A stretch of DNA of 64,000 nt, taken from positions 224,001 to 288,000 of the forward strand of contig CAVQKE010000006.1 of assembly GCA_963713045.1 (NCBI GenBank), read 5' to 3'. The translations under genes and the position numbers were made by a program. Below the pieces are notes generated by a model. That model was not told the origin of the DNA. It ran no database searches and worked only from the letters and a program-made list of their open reading frames with translations. Below are positions 1-9,452 of this stretch, one piece after another (within the stretch, counting starts at the first letter, position 1; each line of letters starts with the position of its first letter). Origin of the DNA: an uncultured delta proteobacterium. GTDB lineage: Bacteria; Myxococcota; Myxococcia; Myxococcales; Myxococcaceae.

Positions 1-974
1 GTGGGACCGGGCATACATAGAGGCATCGCCGCCGCCGAGCTTCTGGTCACGGGTCGGAAGCACGACAAAGGCGCTGGTGTTCGTCGTGGGGGTCGTTGGC
101 GCGGGCGTCCTGGCGGTCCGCGACGTTCGGCAGGGGCGCGGGGACCAACGTACGGCGCTCCGGTTCGGGCTCTACCTGGCCGCCGGACGACTCCTGGTGC
201 TCCTTGCGGCCCATCACCTCGCGTGAGAACGACGAGATTAGCGTGCTCACCGCCCACATCGCGTGGGCCGCATTTTGGTTCGTGCTCGCCTACATCTGTC
301 TGCTGTCGAGCCTACGCCCGGCGCTGTGGCCCGAGATGCTCGTCGTGGGTGCGGCTCTTCGGCGGCCGGTTTCGTGATGCACGGGTCGGGCGGGACTCGC
401 TGATCGGCGTCGTGGCGGCTGGCGTGGGTCGCACTCGTGAGAGCGCCTCTACAGGTGCGCCCCGCAGTGGTTCGGGCTTCCAGATGCCGGCCAGTCGACC
501 AACTCCTGGTCTTTGGAATCGCTGCGTGGCTTCGGCCCGACCCTCGCGTCGTTGGCAGGTGTGCACGTCGTCTCGGTTCTCAACAACTTCATTGGAATCA
601 GTGCTCTTCCTGGTGATGCGGTATCGCGCGCCGGACGTGGGTCGCCGTGGTGCTTGTCTCGGTCGTTTTCGCCGCCGTGTTCTACCGAGGAAGAGGCTCC
701 CCATGGCTTTATTTGGCCTTCATCGCCGTGTTCTTGGCGATCCTCTGGACGCGTCCTATTCCGGGGAGGGCTGCTGTCCGTGCTTCTCATGCTCAGCGTG
801 GCGGATATGCTCCAAGCCATCCGCGTCACCGCTGATCTCGCGGAGTGGCACGCGCTGCCCATGTGGATCACATTTGGCGCGGTGTCCGCTGTGGCTCTGT
901 GGGGCTTTCGTTCCGCCGTCGCGGGTCGGCCGCTCTTCCGGGAAGAGATCCAGAGCAGCGTGCCGTTGGCCTAG
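1..974 (+). pseudogene. Fragmented membrane protein, probably CPBP/CAAX-family intramembrane protease
   Basis: Hydrophobic segments are spread over several + frames (96-377, 513-974, 647-835). There is an H..NN-like segment (VHVVSVLNNF) and no single intact frame. Family assignment is tentative. Confidence 0.35.
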
Positions 975-1002
975 GATGACGGTTCTCAACGGCCGTGTCT
1001 GC

Positions 1003-1127
1003 TACACCGGCGATGCAGTCAGTTTTACTGAGGACGTTTTCTTCTGGCTGAACGCGGACTTGGCCACTCCGCTACGGGGACTGAAAATCCCCGTGTCGGT
1101 GGTTCGATTCCGCCCCTGGGCACTGAA
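1003..1127 (+). repeat. att-like element copy 1: ~73-bp arm + 3' part of tRNA-Phe(GAA) (1076-1123)
   Basis: GGGGA-CTGAAAA-TCCCC anticodon arm, GTGTC variable loop, GGTGG-TTCGATT-CCGCC T arm, CCTGGGC-A acceptor 3' strand. The 5' acceptor strand and D arm are absent. Confidence 0.85.
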
Positions 1128-1197
1128 ATCGCGAGGAGGGAGGGTGCGCAAGCCGGCTCCTGTTTCTCGTGTTGATTGTCGAGTCGCTGCTGTTCGC

Positions 1198-1448
1198 AAC
1201 GAATCCGGCTTCTCGTTTGTCGCCTCCGGCGACTCACGGCCGATGATGTACCTCCCCTTTAAGGAAGGGCAGCAGGAGCTCTACAAGCTTTTCGTCGACA
1301 TGTTCGGGTTGGTGCTCCCGGAGAAGGTCGCTGAATACGGGTGAAGAAGGACGTGAAGATGGTCTTCGACCCCACCACGAAGGACCTCATTCAAATCGAC
1401 ACGTCCTTCGACACGGCCATCGTTCCGTTGAGTGACGCCTTCAGCTAG
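1198..1448 (+). pseudogene. Gene fragment, possibly metallophosphoesterase N-terminus
   Basis: GFSFVASGDSR resembles the first metal-binding motif of calcineurin-like phosphoesterases. The reading continues as VKKDVKMVFDP after a frameshift at ~1340 and then stops. Confidence 0.35.
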
Positions 1449-1676
1449 GCACCTCTCGCACCGCCCGCCTCGGGGATTTTGTTCATCGGAGCATTCGGAT
1501 TTCAGGCAGAGAAATCCCCGCGGCTGGTAGGACCAGGTGAGCATCGGGTTCTCCGCGCTGACGGCGAGTGACCCGTCAAGTCGAAGAGCCATTACACCGG
1601 CGGTCAGTCTTCGTCCTGCCGAATGCCTGGCCTTATACGAGCCTCTTCTTGCATTCCGCCAATCCGTGCGGTACAC

Positions 1677-1696
1677 ACTGAACCGAATGGTTCAGT
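1677..1696. promoter_or_regulatory. Palindromic operator overlapping the ArsR start codon
   Basis: Perfect inverted repeat ACTGAACC-gaat-GGTTCAGT spanning ATG 1687. Confidence 0.65.
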
Positions 1697-2052
1697 ATTC
1701 ACTGCCCCGCCTCGACACCTCGTTCGGCGCGCTCTCGGACGCCACTCGACGCGGCGTTCTCGAGCAGCTCGCGCGTGCAGACGCTTCGATCACCGACCTT
1801 GCCGAGAAGTTCCACATGACCCTCACCGGCATGAAGAAGCATGTCGGCGTCTTGGAGCAGGCGGGGCTCGTTACCACGGAGAAGGTCGGGCGGGTGCGGA
1901 CCTGCACGCTTGGCCTGGGCCGACTGGAGGATGAGACGGCGTGGATCGAGAGGTACCGCCAGCTCTGGGACGCGCGCTTCGATGAGTTGGACAAGGTTGT
2001 CGAGGAACTGAAACGTAAGGAGAAGGTCGATGGACGCAAGAAGAGAGAGTGA
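1687..2052 (+). CDS. ArsR/SmtB family transcriptional regulator
   Basis: F.ALSD.TRR.VL..L and HTH 'MKKHVGVLEQAGLV...KVGRVR' motifs; paired with the SRPBCC gene. Confidence 0.92.
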   Translation: MVQYSLPRLDTSFGALSDATRRGVLEQLARADASITDLAEKFHMTLTGMKKHVGVLEQAGLVTTEKVGRVRTCTLGLGRLEDETAWIERYRQLWDARFDELDKVVEELKRKEKVDGRKKRE

Positions 2053-2554
2053 GCCTACCCCCATGAAGAACCGCACGACGTTCGAACGGAAGTCCGAGCG
2101 TGAGCTGGTCGTTACGCGAACCTTCAACGGCCCGGCGCGCCTCGTATTCGAGGCGTGGACCAAGCCCGAGTTGCTCAAGCGGTGGTGGGCTCCGAAGTCG
2201 ACAGGCATGTCCCTGCTCTCCTGCGAGGCGGACGTTCGTGTCGGGGGCAGGTACCGTTTCGTGTTTGGCCTCGGTGCCTCAGAGCCCATGGCGTTCTACG
2301 GTAAATACCTCGAGGTAACACCGCACTCGCGCCTCGTCTGGACCAACGAGGAAGGCGGTGACAGTGGGCCCGTCACCACGGTGACCTTCGAGGAAAACGG
2401 CGGCAAGACGCTGCTGGTCGTGCACGAGCTCCATCCCTCGAAGGAAGCTCTCGACGCCGCCCGCGCCTCCGGGATGGAGGTTGGGACGCTCGAGGCCTTC
2501 GAGCAACTGGATGAGCTTCTCATCGCCCTGGGCGCGAGCGTCGGACGGTCGTGA
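2030..2554 (+). CDS. SRPBCC/AHSA1 (START-like) domain protein
   Basis: ELVVTRTF.GPARLVFEAWT.PELLKRWW, EADVRVGGRYR motifs. Confidence 0.92.
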   Translation: MDARRESEPTPMKNRTTFERKSERELVVTRTFNGPARLVFEAWTKPELLKRWWAPKSTGMSLLSCEADVRVGGRYRFVFGLGASEPMAFYGKYLEVTPHSRLVWTNEEGGDSGPVTTVTFEENGGKTLLVVHELHPSKEALDAARASGMEVGTLEAFEQLDELLIALGASVGRS

Positions 2555-2774
2555 AGTGGTCGATTTCGAGACTGGCCGCGTGTACGTTCTCGAAGCAGTT
2601 TCTGGAGGAGCTACTGAGCCGCTTCACCGGACCCGGATGCGTCCGTTGCTTTTCACAGCCGATGTGACGACGCGCTTTGCGAAGATGGTGAGCAGAGACG
2701 AGAACCGTGGCACGTGGCGCTCGGCGGTCTGCGTCGCGGCACGCGCAATCGACAGAGAGGATTGAAGCGGAGCG

Positions 2775-3542
2775 ATGCATCCAATGACTTACCCCCTGCT
2801 CGTTCTCGCGCTGAGCTTCGTGGCGCTCTGGCTATCCGAGTTCATCGGGGCCTCGATTCTCAGGCCCCGTCGAGACCTGGACGCCGGGTCGCGTGAAGAC
2901 TTTGGCATTATCGTGAGCGCCACGCTCACACTGCTCGGGCTGCTCATCGGATTCAGTTTTTCGATGGCCATCAGCCGCTATGATCAGCGCAAGAACTACG
3001 AGGAGGCGGAGGCCAATGCGATCGGCACCGAATATCTCCGGGCTGACCTGCTGCCGGCCGCCGATGCGGCGAGAGTGCGCGTGCTGCTCAGAAAATACCT
3101 CGAGCAGCGGGTTGGGTTCTACAGGTCTCGCGATGAACAACAGCTTCGCCAAGTCGACGCCTCCACTGCGCAGTTGCAGGAAGAGCTGTGGTCAGCGGTC
3201 CAGGTTCCCGCTGCGATGCAGCCCAACTCTCAGGTTGTCGCCCTGGTCGTCTCGGGGATGAACGATGTGTTGAACTCTCAGGGGTACACGCAGGCTGCCT
3301 GGTGGAACCGCATTCCACCTGCTGCCTGGATCTTGATGGCGGTGATCGCCGTCTTCTGCAACGTGCTGGTCGGTTACGGCGCGAGAGGAGGTCGAGGTAA
3401 GACCTATCTATCGCTGGTGTTACCTTTAGTGGTCGCTTTCGCCTTCTATCTCATCGCAGACCTCGATAGCCCCCGCAGCGGCATCATCCGTGTGCAGCCG
3501 CAAAACCTGCTAAGCCTGTCTCAATCCCTGCAGACGCATTAA
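2775..3542 (+). CDS. Membrane protein, DUF4239/bestrophin-like
   Basis: LLGLLIGFSFSMA.SRYD.RK..E..EANAIGT.YLR and LI.DLD.PR.G.IRV motifs; 4 TM segments. Confidence 0.8.
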   Translation: MHPMTYPLLVLALSFVALWLSEFIGASILRPRRDLDAGSREDFGIIVSATLTLLGLLIGFSFSMAISRYDQRKNYEEAEANAIGTEYLRADLLPAADAARVRVLLRKYLEQRVGFYRSRDEQQLRQVDASTAQLQEELWSAVQVPAAMQPNSQVVALVVSGMNDVLNSQGYTQAAWWNRIPPAAWILMAVIAVFCNVLVGYGARGGRGKTYLSLVLPLVVAFAFYLIADLDSPRSGIIRVQPQNLLSLSQSLQTH

Positions 3543-3740
3543 CGATAATTCTTGCATCGACGAATCGGTTGGTGCCGTCGACGGGCATCACCTCTCAACG
3601 GCGCGAATTTCGCCTCGCTGCTCCTCTCCGCCATCGCGGGCGCGGCGAGCGCCGATAGGCGAAGTGGGCATGCTTGGCCTTGCGTCACGCACGTCATGTC
3701 GGGTACGGATAGAGCACCCGCTTGGCGATGTCTGAGCTGT

Positions 3741-3866
3741 TACATCGGCGATGCAGTCGGGTTCAGCGCCTCCGCTTTCTGTTGGGACTGCGGGGGCTTG
3801 GCTAGACTGCTACCGGGACTGAGAACCCCACGGTGCGTGGGTTCGAATACGCCGCTGAGTAGTGAT
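3741..3866 (+). repeat. att-like element copy 2 (most degenerate)
   Basis: TACATCGGCGATGCAGTC...GGGACTGAGAACCCC...GGTTCGAAT; colinear with copy 1 apart from a 1-nt insertion. Confidence 0.75.
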
Positions 3867-3973
3867 TTCACGCCTTGAGCGCTCCTCCAAATCCAATCCA
3901 TCCACTTTTTCCGCCCAACTTCAGTTTGTTTGCGATACCAGAGGTTTCAGAACCAAGCGGGGAGGAACAACGC

Positions 3974-4546
3974 ATGGCAACGGACAAACCCATCATGCAT
4001 GAAGTGAAGAGCCGTTCGGCGTGGAGCATCGTCATGGGAGTGGTCGTAGCCGCGCTGGGCATTGTGCTCATCGTCTATCCATTCGCGACCGGGGCCATCA
4101 CCACCATCTTCCTCGGCTGGATACTCGTCCTGGCGGGTGTGGCCGGGGTGGTCCACGCATTCGGCTCCCAAAGTCCCGGGAGCTTCATCATGCGGATCCT
4201 GATCGCGGCGCTCTACGTCATTGCCGGCATCATGCTGGTCGCCTTTCCTCTCGCAGGCGTGGAGAGTCTGACGCTTTTGGTTGGCGCACTCTTCGTGGTG
4301 CGCGGCGTGGTGGCGCTGGTGGAGGGGTTTCGATTGCGACCCCTCGACGGGTGGACTTGGCTCCTGGCCGACGCGCTGTTCAGCGGCGCGGCAGGCATCC
4401 TCATCCTGGCCAAGTGGCCCTCCAGCAGTTTCTGGGCCGTGGGGACCCTGGTCGGTGCATCCATCCTGGTGACGGGCATCTCCAAAATCGCGCTGGCCAC
4501 CGCGGTTCACGGCGGTGCTGCCCGGCTGGCTCAAGACATCAAGTGA
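3974..4546 (+). CDS. HdeD/DUF308 family membrane protein
   Basis: GGAGG RBS; six TM segments in two repeats; WP.SS.WAVGTLVG motif. Confidence 0.85.
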   Translation: MATDKPIMHEVKSRSAWSIVMGVVVAALGIVLIVYPFATGAITTIFLGWILVLAGVAGVVHAFGSQSPGSFIMRILIAALYVIAGIMLVAFPLAGVESLTLLVGALFVVRGVVALVEGFRLRPLDGWTWLLADALFSGAAGILILAKWPSSSFWAVGTLVGASILVTGISKIALATAVHGGAARLAQDIK

Positions 4547-4761
4547 CGGCGGCAGTTCTTCTGGTCAAGACACCGAGGACCAGGCTTGGACGGCACTCGC
4601 CATTGCTGCGCTAAGGGCCCGTCCTCCAGTCCCTCGAGGATGGGCCTGGAGCGCCGCCCCTTTGGGGACCGGCGGCCTCACCCCCGCTCGGTCTGGACGC
4701 AAACCCCCGTCCGCTGGCACCCGCCCCAACCGCATTCACTTCGCCCAAAACCGGGCGTGTG

Positions 4762-7167
4762 TCAGCGCTTGGCGTGGGCCTTTGCCCGCGCAAGGGCCGA
4801 CTGGAAGCGGGGGTCGCTGCGCAGCGGCTCGAGATACTTCTCCGTCTGGAGGGATTCGGCGTCCGTGCCGGAATCGACTGCTTGAGTGAGCCATCCGAAG
4901 GCCTCATCCGGGCGCGACGTCTGGCCGGCCACCTCCGCCAGCATCAAGAGCGTCTGGCTGAGCTCGGCGGAGTTCGGGCCTGCTTTCCGCGTCGAGACCA
5001 AGGCCTGCTGGAGGATGAGTTCCGCATCGGAGAACCGGCCCAGGCCCATCAAGGCCTCCGCCAGGACGCAGCGCGTGGAGTTCGTCCAGGGATGGTCGAC
5101 TCCGAGGACTTTCTTCCGGAGCACCAGCGTTTGGCGGGCCAACGTTTCCCCCTCCTGAGCGTGGCCCATCTCCGTCAGGGAATTGGCGAAGTTGTTCATC
5201 ATGGTGAGCGTATCTGGATGTTCCGGCCCCAGGGCGTGCTGGGTTCCGGCCAGCGATTGTCGGCCCATCACAATCGCCTCATCGTGCTTTCCCTCAAGCT
5301 GGAGAACCCGCGCCAGCGAGGCAAGCGCCCGTAGCCGGGTCGGGTCCTCGGGGCCTCGAGAGGCCTGGTCCAGCGCTGCGAGGACCTCGCGAAACGCTGT
5401 CTCGGCTTCGGCCTGCCGGCCTGCCGTGCTCAGTCCAATGGCCAGATTCAACTGCGCGCTGATGGTCAGGCGGTCCGTCTTGCCAAGCTTGAGGAGACGA
5501 GCTTCGTAGACCTTCTTGAAGAGGGTCACCGCCGCGTCATGGTGCCCGGCGATGCTCTCCATGACTGCGAGTGAATTCGTCGCCGCGAGCATCGTCGGGT
5601 CACCCGGCTCCAGGACACGTTGGCCCTCGTCCAAGGCCTGCCGGGCCAGCTGTGTTGCCTCCGGGAACTTTCCCAACCGGAAGAGGGCAAAGGCGAGGTT
5701 CGCCCGGGCCCTGATGATGCCCTCTTTCTGCTTCCCTCCGGAAACGGCACTCCAGGCGTCCAGCTCTCGACGGATTAAGGTCTCGGCCGTCTTGAAGAGT
5801 CCGAGGCCCCCATAGGCTTTGGCCATCGTTCCGAGCATGCGGGCTCTGAGTTCAGGCTGGTCCGCCAGCTTCGTGTCGATGTCCGCTGCCGCCTTGTCCA
5901 GTAGCTCCCGGGCGGTCACCGTATTGCCGCGCGCTTCGTCAGGGTCAGAGACATCGAAGAGGTGGGTGAGAAAGGCGGCAACACCCTCCGCCGCGGCGGC
6001 TTCGCGGGCGATTCGACGCGCCTGGACCGCGGTGCTGATGGAAAAGCCGACCAGCAACAGCGCTAGACCGACTGCGATGGCCACGCCCAGTCGGTGCCGG
6101 CGAACGTAGCGGGAGATGCGATACAGGCGGCTCGGCGCCCTGGCGAGTACTGGCTCGTGACGAAGGTGGCGTTGGAGATCTGCCGCCAAATCACTGGGCG
6201 AGCCGTAGCGCCGTCGCCGGTCCTTCTCCATCGCCTTCATGGTGATGGCGTCCAAGTCTCCCTGCAGCCTCCGGCGAAGAGCACCCGAGTCGGTGCTTCG
6301 GCTTCTCGCTGCACCCTCCGCCGCATCCCCGAGCGTGCTGAGCTTGGTGCTCGGCTTCGGCGGCTCCACTTCCTTCAACTGGCGTCGAAGCTCCTCGATG
6401 CCGGACGAGCGAAGCGTCTTCGACGTGAACGGGAGCTCTCCGCTGAGAAGTTGATAGAGAATGACCCCCAGCGAGTAGACGTCCGTCCTGGTGTCCACAT
6501 CCTGGCCCGTGAGTTCGGCCTGCTCCGGGCTCATGTATTCAGGCGTTCCGACGACGGCGCCCAGCTCGGTGACGAGGGTTTTTTCGGTCAACCGCGAGCC
6601 AGTCGCCTTGGCGATGCCGAAGTCGATGATTTTCAGTTGAGCTTTTCCATCCACCAACGCCACCAGAATGTTCGACGGCTTCAAGTCGCGATGGATGATT
6701 GCCTTTTGGTGAGCGTGCTGAACGCCGTCGCAAACCTCGCGCATCAGTTCGAGTCGTTCTTCGGTCGATAGCTTGTGGGTGTCGCAATGCTCGGTGATGG
6801 AGACGCCGGCGACGTACTCCATGACGAAGTACGGCCGGCCTTCAGTCGTGCTGCCACCATCGAGGACTCTTGCGATGGCCGGGTGATCCATCAGGGCCAG
6901 GGCTTGTCGCTCGCTCTCGAAGCGAGCGACGACCTGTTTTGTATCCATCCCCGCCTTAATGACTTTGATGGCCACTCTGCGGCGGACGGGCTCCCGCTGC
7001 TCGGCAAGCCACACCTCGCCCATGCCTCCTTCGCCGATGAGTTGAAGCAAGCGGTAGGGCCCGATGCGCTTCCCAAGCTCCGAGGGCTCCGCGCGGACAT
7101 TCGGGGAGGAACCGAGCGCGAGGGTGTCCTCAATCCCAGTCGCCTTAGACTCTGGCTCTCCTGACAT
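4762..7167 (-). CDS. Hanks-type Ser/Thr kinase with TM and TPR repeats
   Basis: GEGGMGEV, VAIK, HRDLKPSN, DFG, GTPEYMSPE motifs; TM segment; HPDT-type TPRs. Confidence 0.95.
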   Translation of the reverse strand: MSGEPESKATGIEDTLALGSSPNVRAEPSELGKRIGPYRLLQLIGEGGMGEVWLAEQREPVRRRVAIKVIKAGMDTKQVVARFESERQALALMDHPAIARVLDGGSTTEGRPYFVMEYVAGVSITEHCDTHKLSTEERLELMREVCDGVQHAHQKAIIHRDLKPSNILVALVDGKAQLKIIDFGIAKATGSRLTEKTLVTELGAVVGTPEYMSPEQAELTGQDVDTRTDVYSLGVILYQLLSGELPFTSKTLRSSGIEELRRQLKEVEPPKPSTKLSTLGDAAEGAARSRSTDSGALRRRLQGDLDAITMKAMEKDRRRRYGSPSDLAADLQRHLRHEPVLARAPSRLYRISRYVRRHRLGVAIAVGLALLLVGFSISTAVQARRIAREAAAAEGVAAFLTHLFDVSDPDEARGNTVTARELLDKAAADIDTKLADQPELRARMLGTMAKAYGGLGLFKTAETLIRRELDAWSAVSGGKQKEGIIRARANLAFALFRLGKFPEATQLARQALDEGQRVLEPGDPTMLAATNSLAVMESIAGHHDAAVTLFKKVYEARLLKLGKTDRLTISAQLNLAIGLSTAGRQAEAETAFREVLAALDQASRGPEDPTRLRALASLARVLQLEGKHDEAIVMGRQSLAGTQHALGPEHPDTLTMMNNFANSLTEMGHAQEGETLARQTLVLRKKVLGVDHPWTNSTRCVLAEALMGLGRFSDAELILQQALVSTRKAGPNSAELSQTLLMLAEVAGQTSRPDEAFGWLTQAVDSGTDAESLQTEKYLEPLRSDPRFQSALARAKAHAKR

Positions 7168-7256
7168 TGGCCTCCTTCCCCGCCCCCCGGGATCGGCAGG
7201 AAGCTACCTCGTATTGAGTCCGTATTGGGCCATCAGCACCAGAGTTGCTTTGTACC

Positions 7257-7281
7257 GAAGTCATCGGGGCTCGATGACTTC
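7257..7281. other. Perfect 10-bp inverted repeat (hairpin or operator)
   Basis: GAAGTCATCG-gggct-CGATGACTTC in the spacer upstream of the kinase. Confidence 0.45.
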
Positions 7282-7414
7282 ATGACGAGCAGTCGCGAGT
7301 TGGGTTGTCGGCCCCCGCGGCATTCCACGACTTGGGAGACTACGGCAGCCTTTTCTCGTCGTACGCTGCTTCTCTCGGTGTGCGCGATTGCTGTCTGCGT
7401 ATGCGCTGTTGGGG

Positions 7415-7982
7415 CTAAGGAGCGCCATCCTTCGTCCTCGCCGCGTGGATGGTGAAGACCCGTTTCATCGGACCGCCTGGCGGTCCCGCATCGCCAGTTT
7501 GCGTGAAGGACCGGGCAGTGATCTCCGAGTACGCCTCGCGCCACAACGTTGTCTGCCCATCGGTTCCGTGCTCGACTTCTTCGATGACCAGCTGCGTCCC
7601 GTCCCAGTGGATTGAGATGTCGGTCAAGGCGCCTTTCACATCGCAGACCTGAGGATTGCCGGTGTTGCACTCCAGCCCGGCCAGCTTCTGCGTCTTGCGG
7701 TCCTGCCAGACGAGTCCCAGCAGGTGCAGTTCCTTCCCGAGCAGCTGAAGATGCTCCTCCTCGACGAGAACCAGTCCATTGGTGGAAACACGCCAGGTCT
7801 CCGTCCCTCGTGTCTCGCTAGGACGAGGCTTACCCTGCTGCGGCTCGAACTGAACGCTCAGCGTCCAGCTTCCGGCCGAGGCTTTCGAAGCTTGCGACCG
7901 GCGCTCCGGAGTCCTGGGCCTGTGCGGCGAGCGAAGCCAACGGTAGAAGCGCCAGTGCAAAGCGAATCAATGATGGTTGCAT
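7415..7982 (-). pseudogene. Secreted DUF1579-like beta protein, frameshifted at ~7880
   Basis: The signal peptide MQPSLIRFALALL... is in one frame and the body AGSWTLSVQFEP...GTETW is in another. Confidence 0.6.
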
Positions 7983-8027
7983 CGTCAATCGCTCGCGCCC
8001 TAAGAGCAGCGAATCCATTCGCGATGC

Positions 8028-9452
8028 CTACTCGTCTGTGATGTCCGCCTCCACCAGAGGCTTAAAGCCCAGCCGCGGATAGGCGCGTCCGCGCTTGACG
8101 GTGAGCTCGATGCTCTTGAAATTTGCGACATCAGCGAGCGGGTTTCTGCTGAGGACAATCATGTTGGCCAGCTTTCCTTCAGCGATGCTGCCCATCTCCG
8201 CTTCCTGACCCGCCGCCCGGGCCCCGATTAACGTCGCCGATTGGATGACTGCATTGGGCGGCATCTTCGCACCGTGAACCAGCCAAGAAAGCTCATGAAA
8301 CAGGTCGGGCCAGGGGTCGTCCCAAGGGGCCACGTTGTCCGTTCCGGCCGAAATGGGGACGCCGGCGCGGTAGGCCTGGCCGGTGATGGCGGCGCCAGTC
8401 GTGGCATCGCATTTGGTGCGTTGGGCTTGCGGAGTTGTCTGGACCTCGTGGTCGAAGACCTCGTAGGTCCAGACGGTGGCGTCAAGGATGGTTCCGCGTT
8501 TTACCATCTCAGCGAAGACTGCTTCGAGGAGAGGGTTCTTGCCGGAGGCGAACGGCTCGAGCGGAACCCTTTCGCGGTGGGCGTAGGTGGAAAGCTGGTG
8601 TGCAGCCTCTTGGATGAGCAAACAAGAATGGGAGATTGCATCCACTCCAGCGCGCACCACCTCTGACGGTCTTGCGAGAAAAAGCGTTGAATGCGCCCAA
8701 ACCAGCATGTGTTGACGATGCGCCTCGGCAACAATTTGGCCCGCGAGTTCCGGCGATAGGTCGCTGTAGAGTTTGATGGCCGTTGCGTTGGTTCCACGCG
8801 CCATGGCAACGGCGAGTGGCAGGTCCGTCTTATCCGTCACCGCCTGCAGCCAGGGGGCGCTACTGGCCTTTAAGCCGGCAGTCACCTGTGCCGTCCGCGG
8901 GTCGGAAAAGAAAGTCGGTCCAGCCATCACTGCCGCGTAATAGACGTCCGAACCTTCAATCTCTCCCACCAGGCTGGCTCGTGTGATGTCGGCCAGCGAC
9001 CGAAGGTCGTCGGCCATGTCACGGACGGCTGTGACGCCGCCATACAGGTCTCGGCGCAACATCGCTTGGGCTTGTCGCCGATTCGGTGGCGTCGCCAGAT
9101 GCACATGCGAATCAATCAACCCGGGGAGTAAGAACCGGCCGGTCAAATCCACAATTTTCGCACCCTGCAAGAGACTCGGGGTGGCATCCCTGTCGGCGAG
9201 GATGCGGACGATGCGCTCGCCGTCGACCACGACGTCCATGGACGGCCGTGGCGGCCCCGCTGTCCCGTCGATGAGCGTGGCGTTCCGGTACACGACAATC
9301 GTTCCGGCATCCGGTGGAGCGAATGGGGTTGGCGTTCCGGCAAGACCTGCTTCGGGCACCATCAGCAAGCGCACGACGCTCAAGATGCAGACGGCACGAC
9401 CGCCTCGGCGAAGAGAAAATCTCGTCATTGCGGCTGACGCCTGCACGCTCAT
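8028..9452 (-). CDS. Secreted amidohydrolase family protein
   Basis: PGLIDSHVH, IKLY, AGTD, GSIAEGKLAN motifs; signal-like N-terminus. Confidence 0.9.
   Translation of the reverse strand: MSVQASAAMTRFSLRRGGRAVCILSVVRLLMVPEAGLAGTPTPFAPPDAGTIVVYRNATLIDGTAGPPRPSMDVVVDGERIVRILADRDATPSLLQGAKIVDLTGRFLLPGLIDSHVHLATPPNRRQAQAMLRRDLYGGVTAVRDMADDLRSLADITRASLVGEIEGSDVYYAAVMAGPTFFSDPRTAQVTAGLKASSAPWLQAVTDKTDLPLAVAMARGTNATAIKLYSDLSPELAGQIVAEAHRQHMLVWAHSTLFLARPSEVVRAGVDAISHSCLLIQEAAHQLSTYAHRERVPLEPFASGKNPLLEAVFAEMVKRGTILDATVWTYEVFDHEVQTTPQAQRTKCDATTGAAITGQAYRAGVPISAGTDNVAPWDDPWPDLFHELSWLVHGAKMPPNAVIQSATLIGARAAGQEAEMGSIAEGKLANMIVLSRNPLADVANFKSIELTVKRGRAYPRLGFKPLVEADITDE

Noticed and set aside
1050..1126. 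Intact tRNA-Phe gene
   Set aside because: No 5' acceptor strand or D arm, and no full CCA; it is only a 3' fragment.
1..1344. 447-aa ORF as a real gene
   Set aside because: Arg/Ser/Cys-rich shadow frame that runs through the non-coding repeat.
4560..4760. c-di-GMP riboswitch (GGACGCAAA)
   Set aside because: Lies between convergent 3' ends and lacks the P1/GNRA elements; likely terminator-type hairpins.
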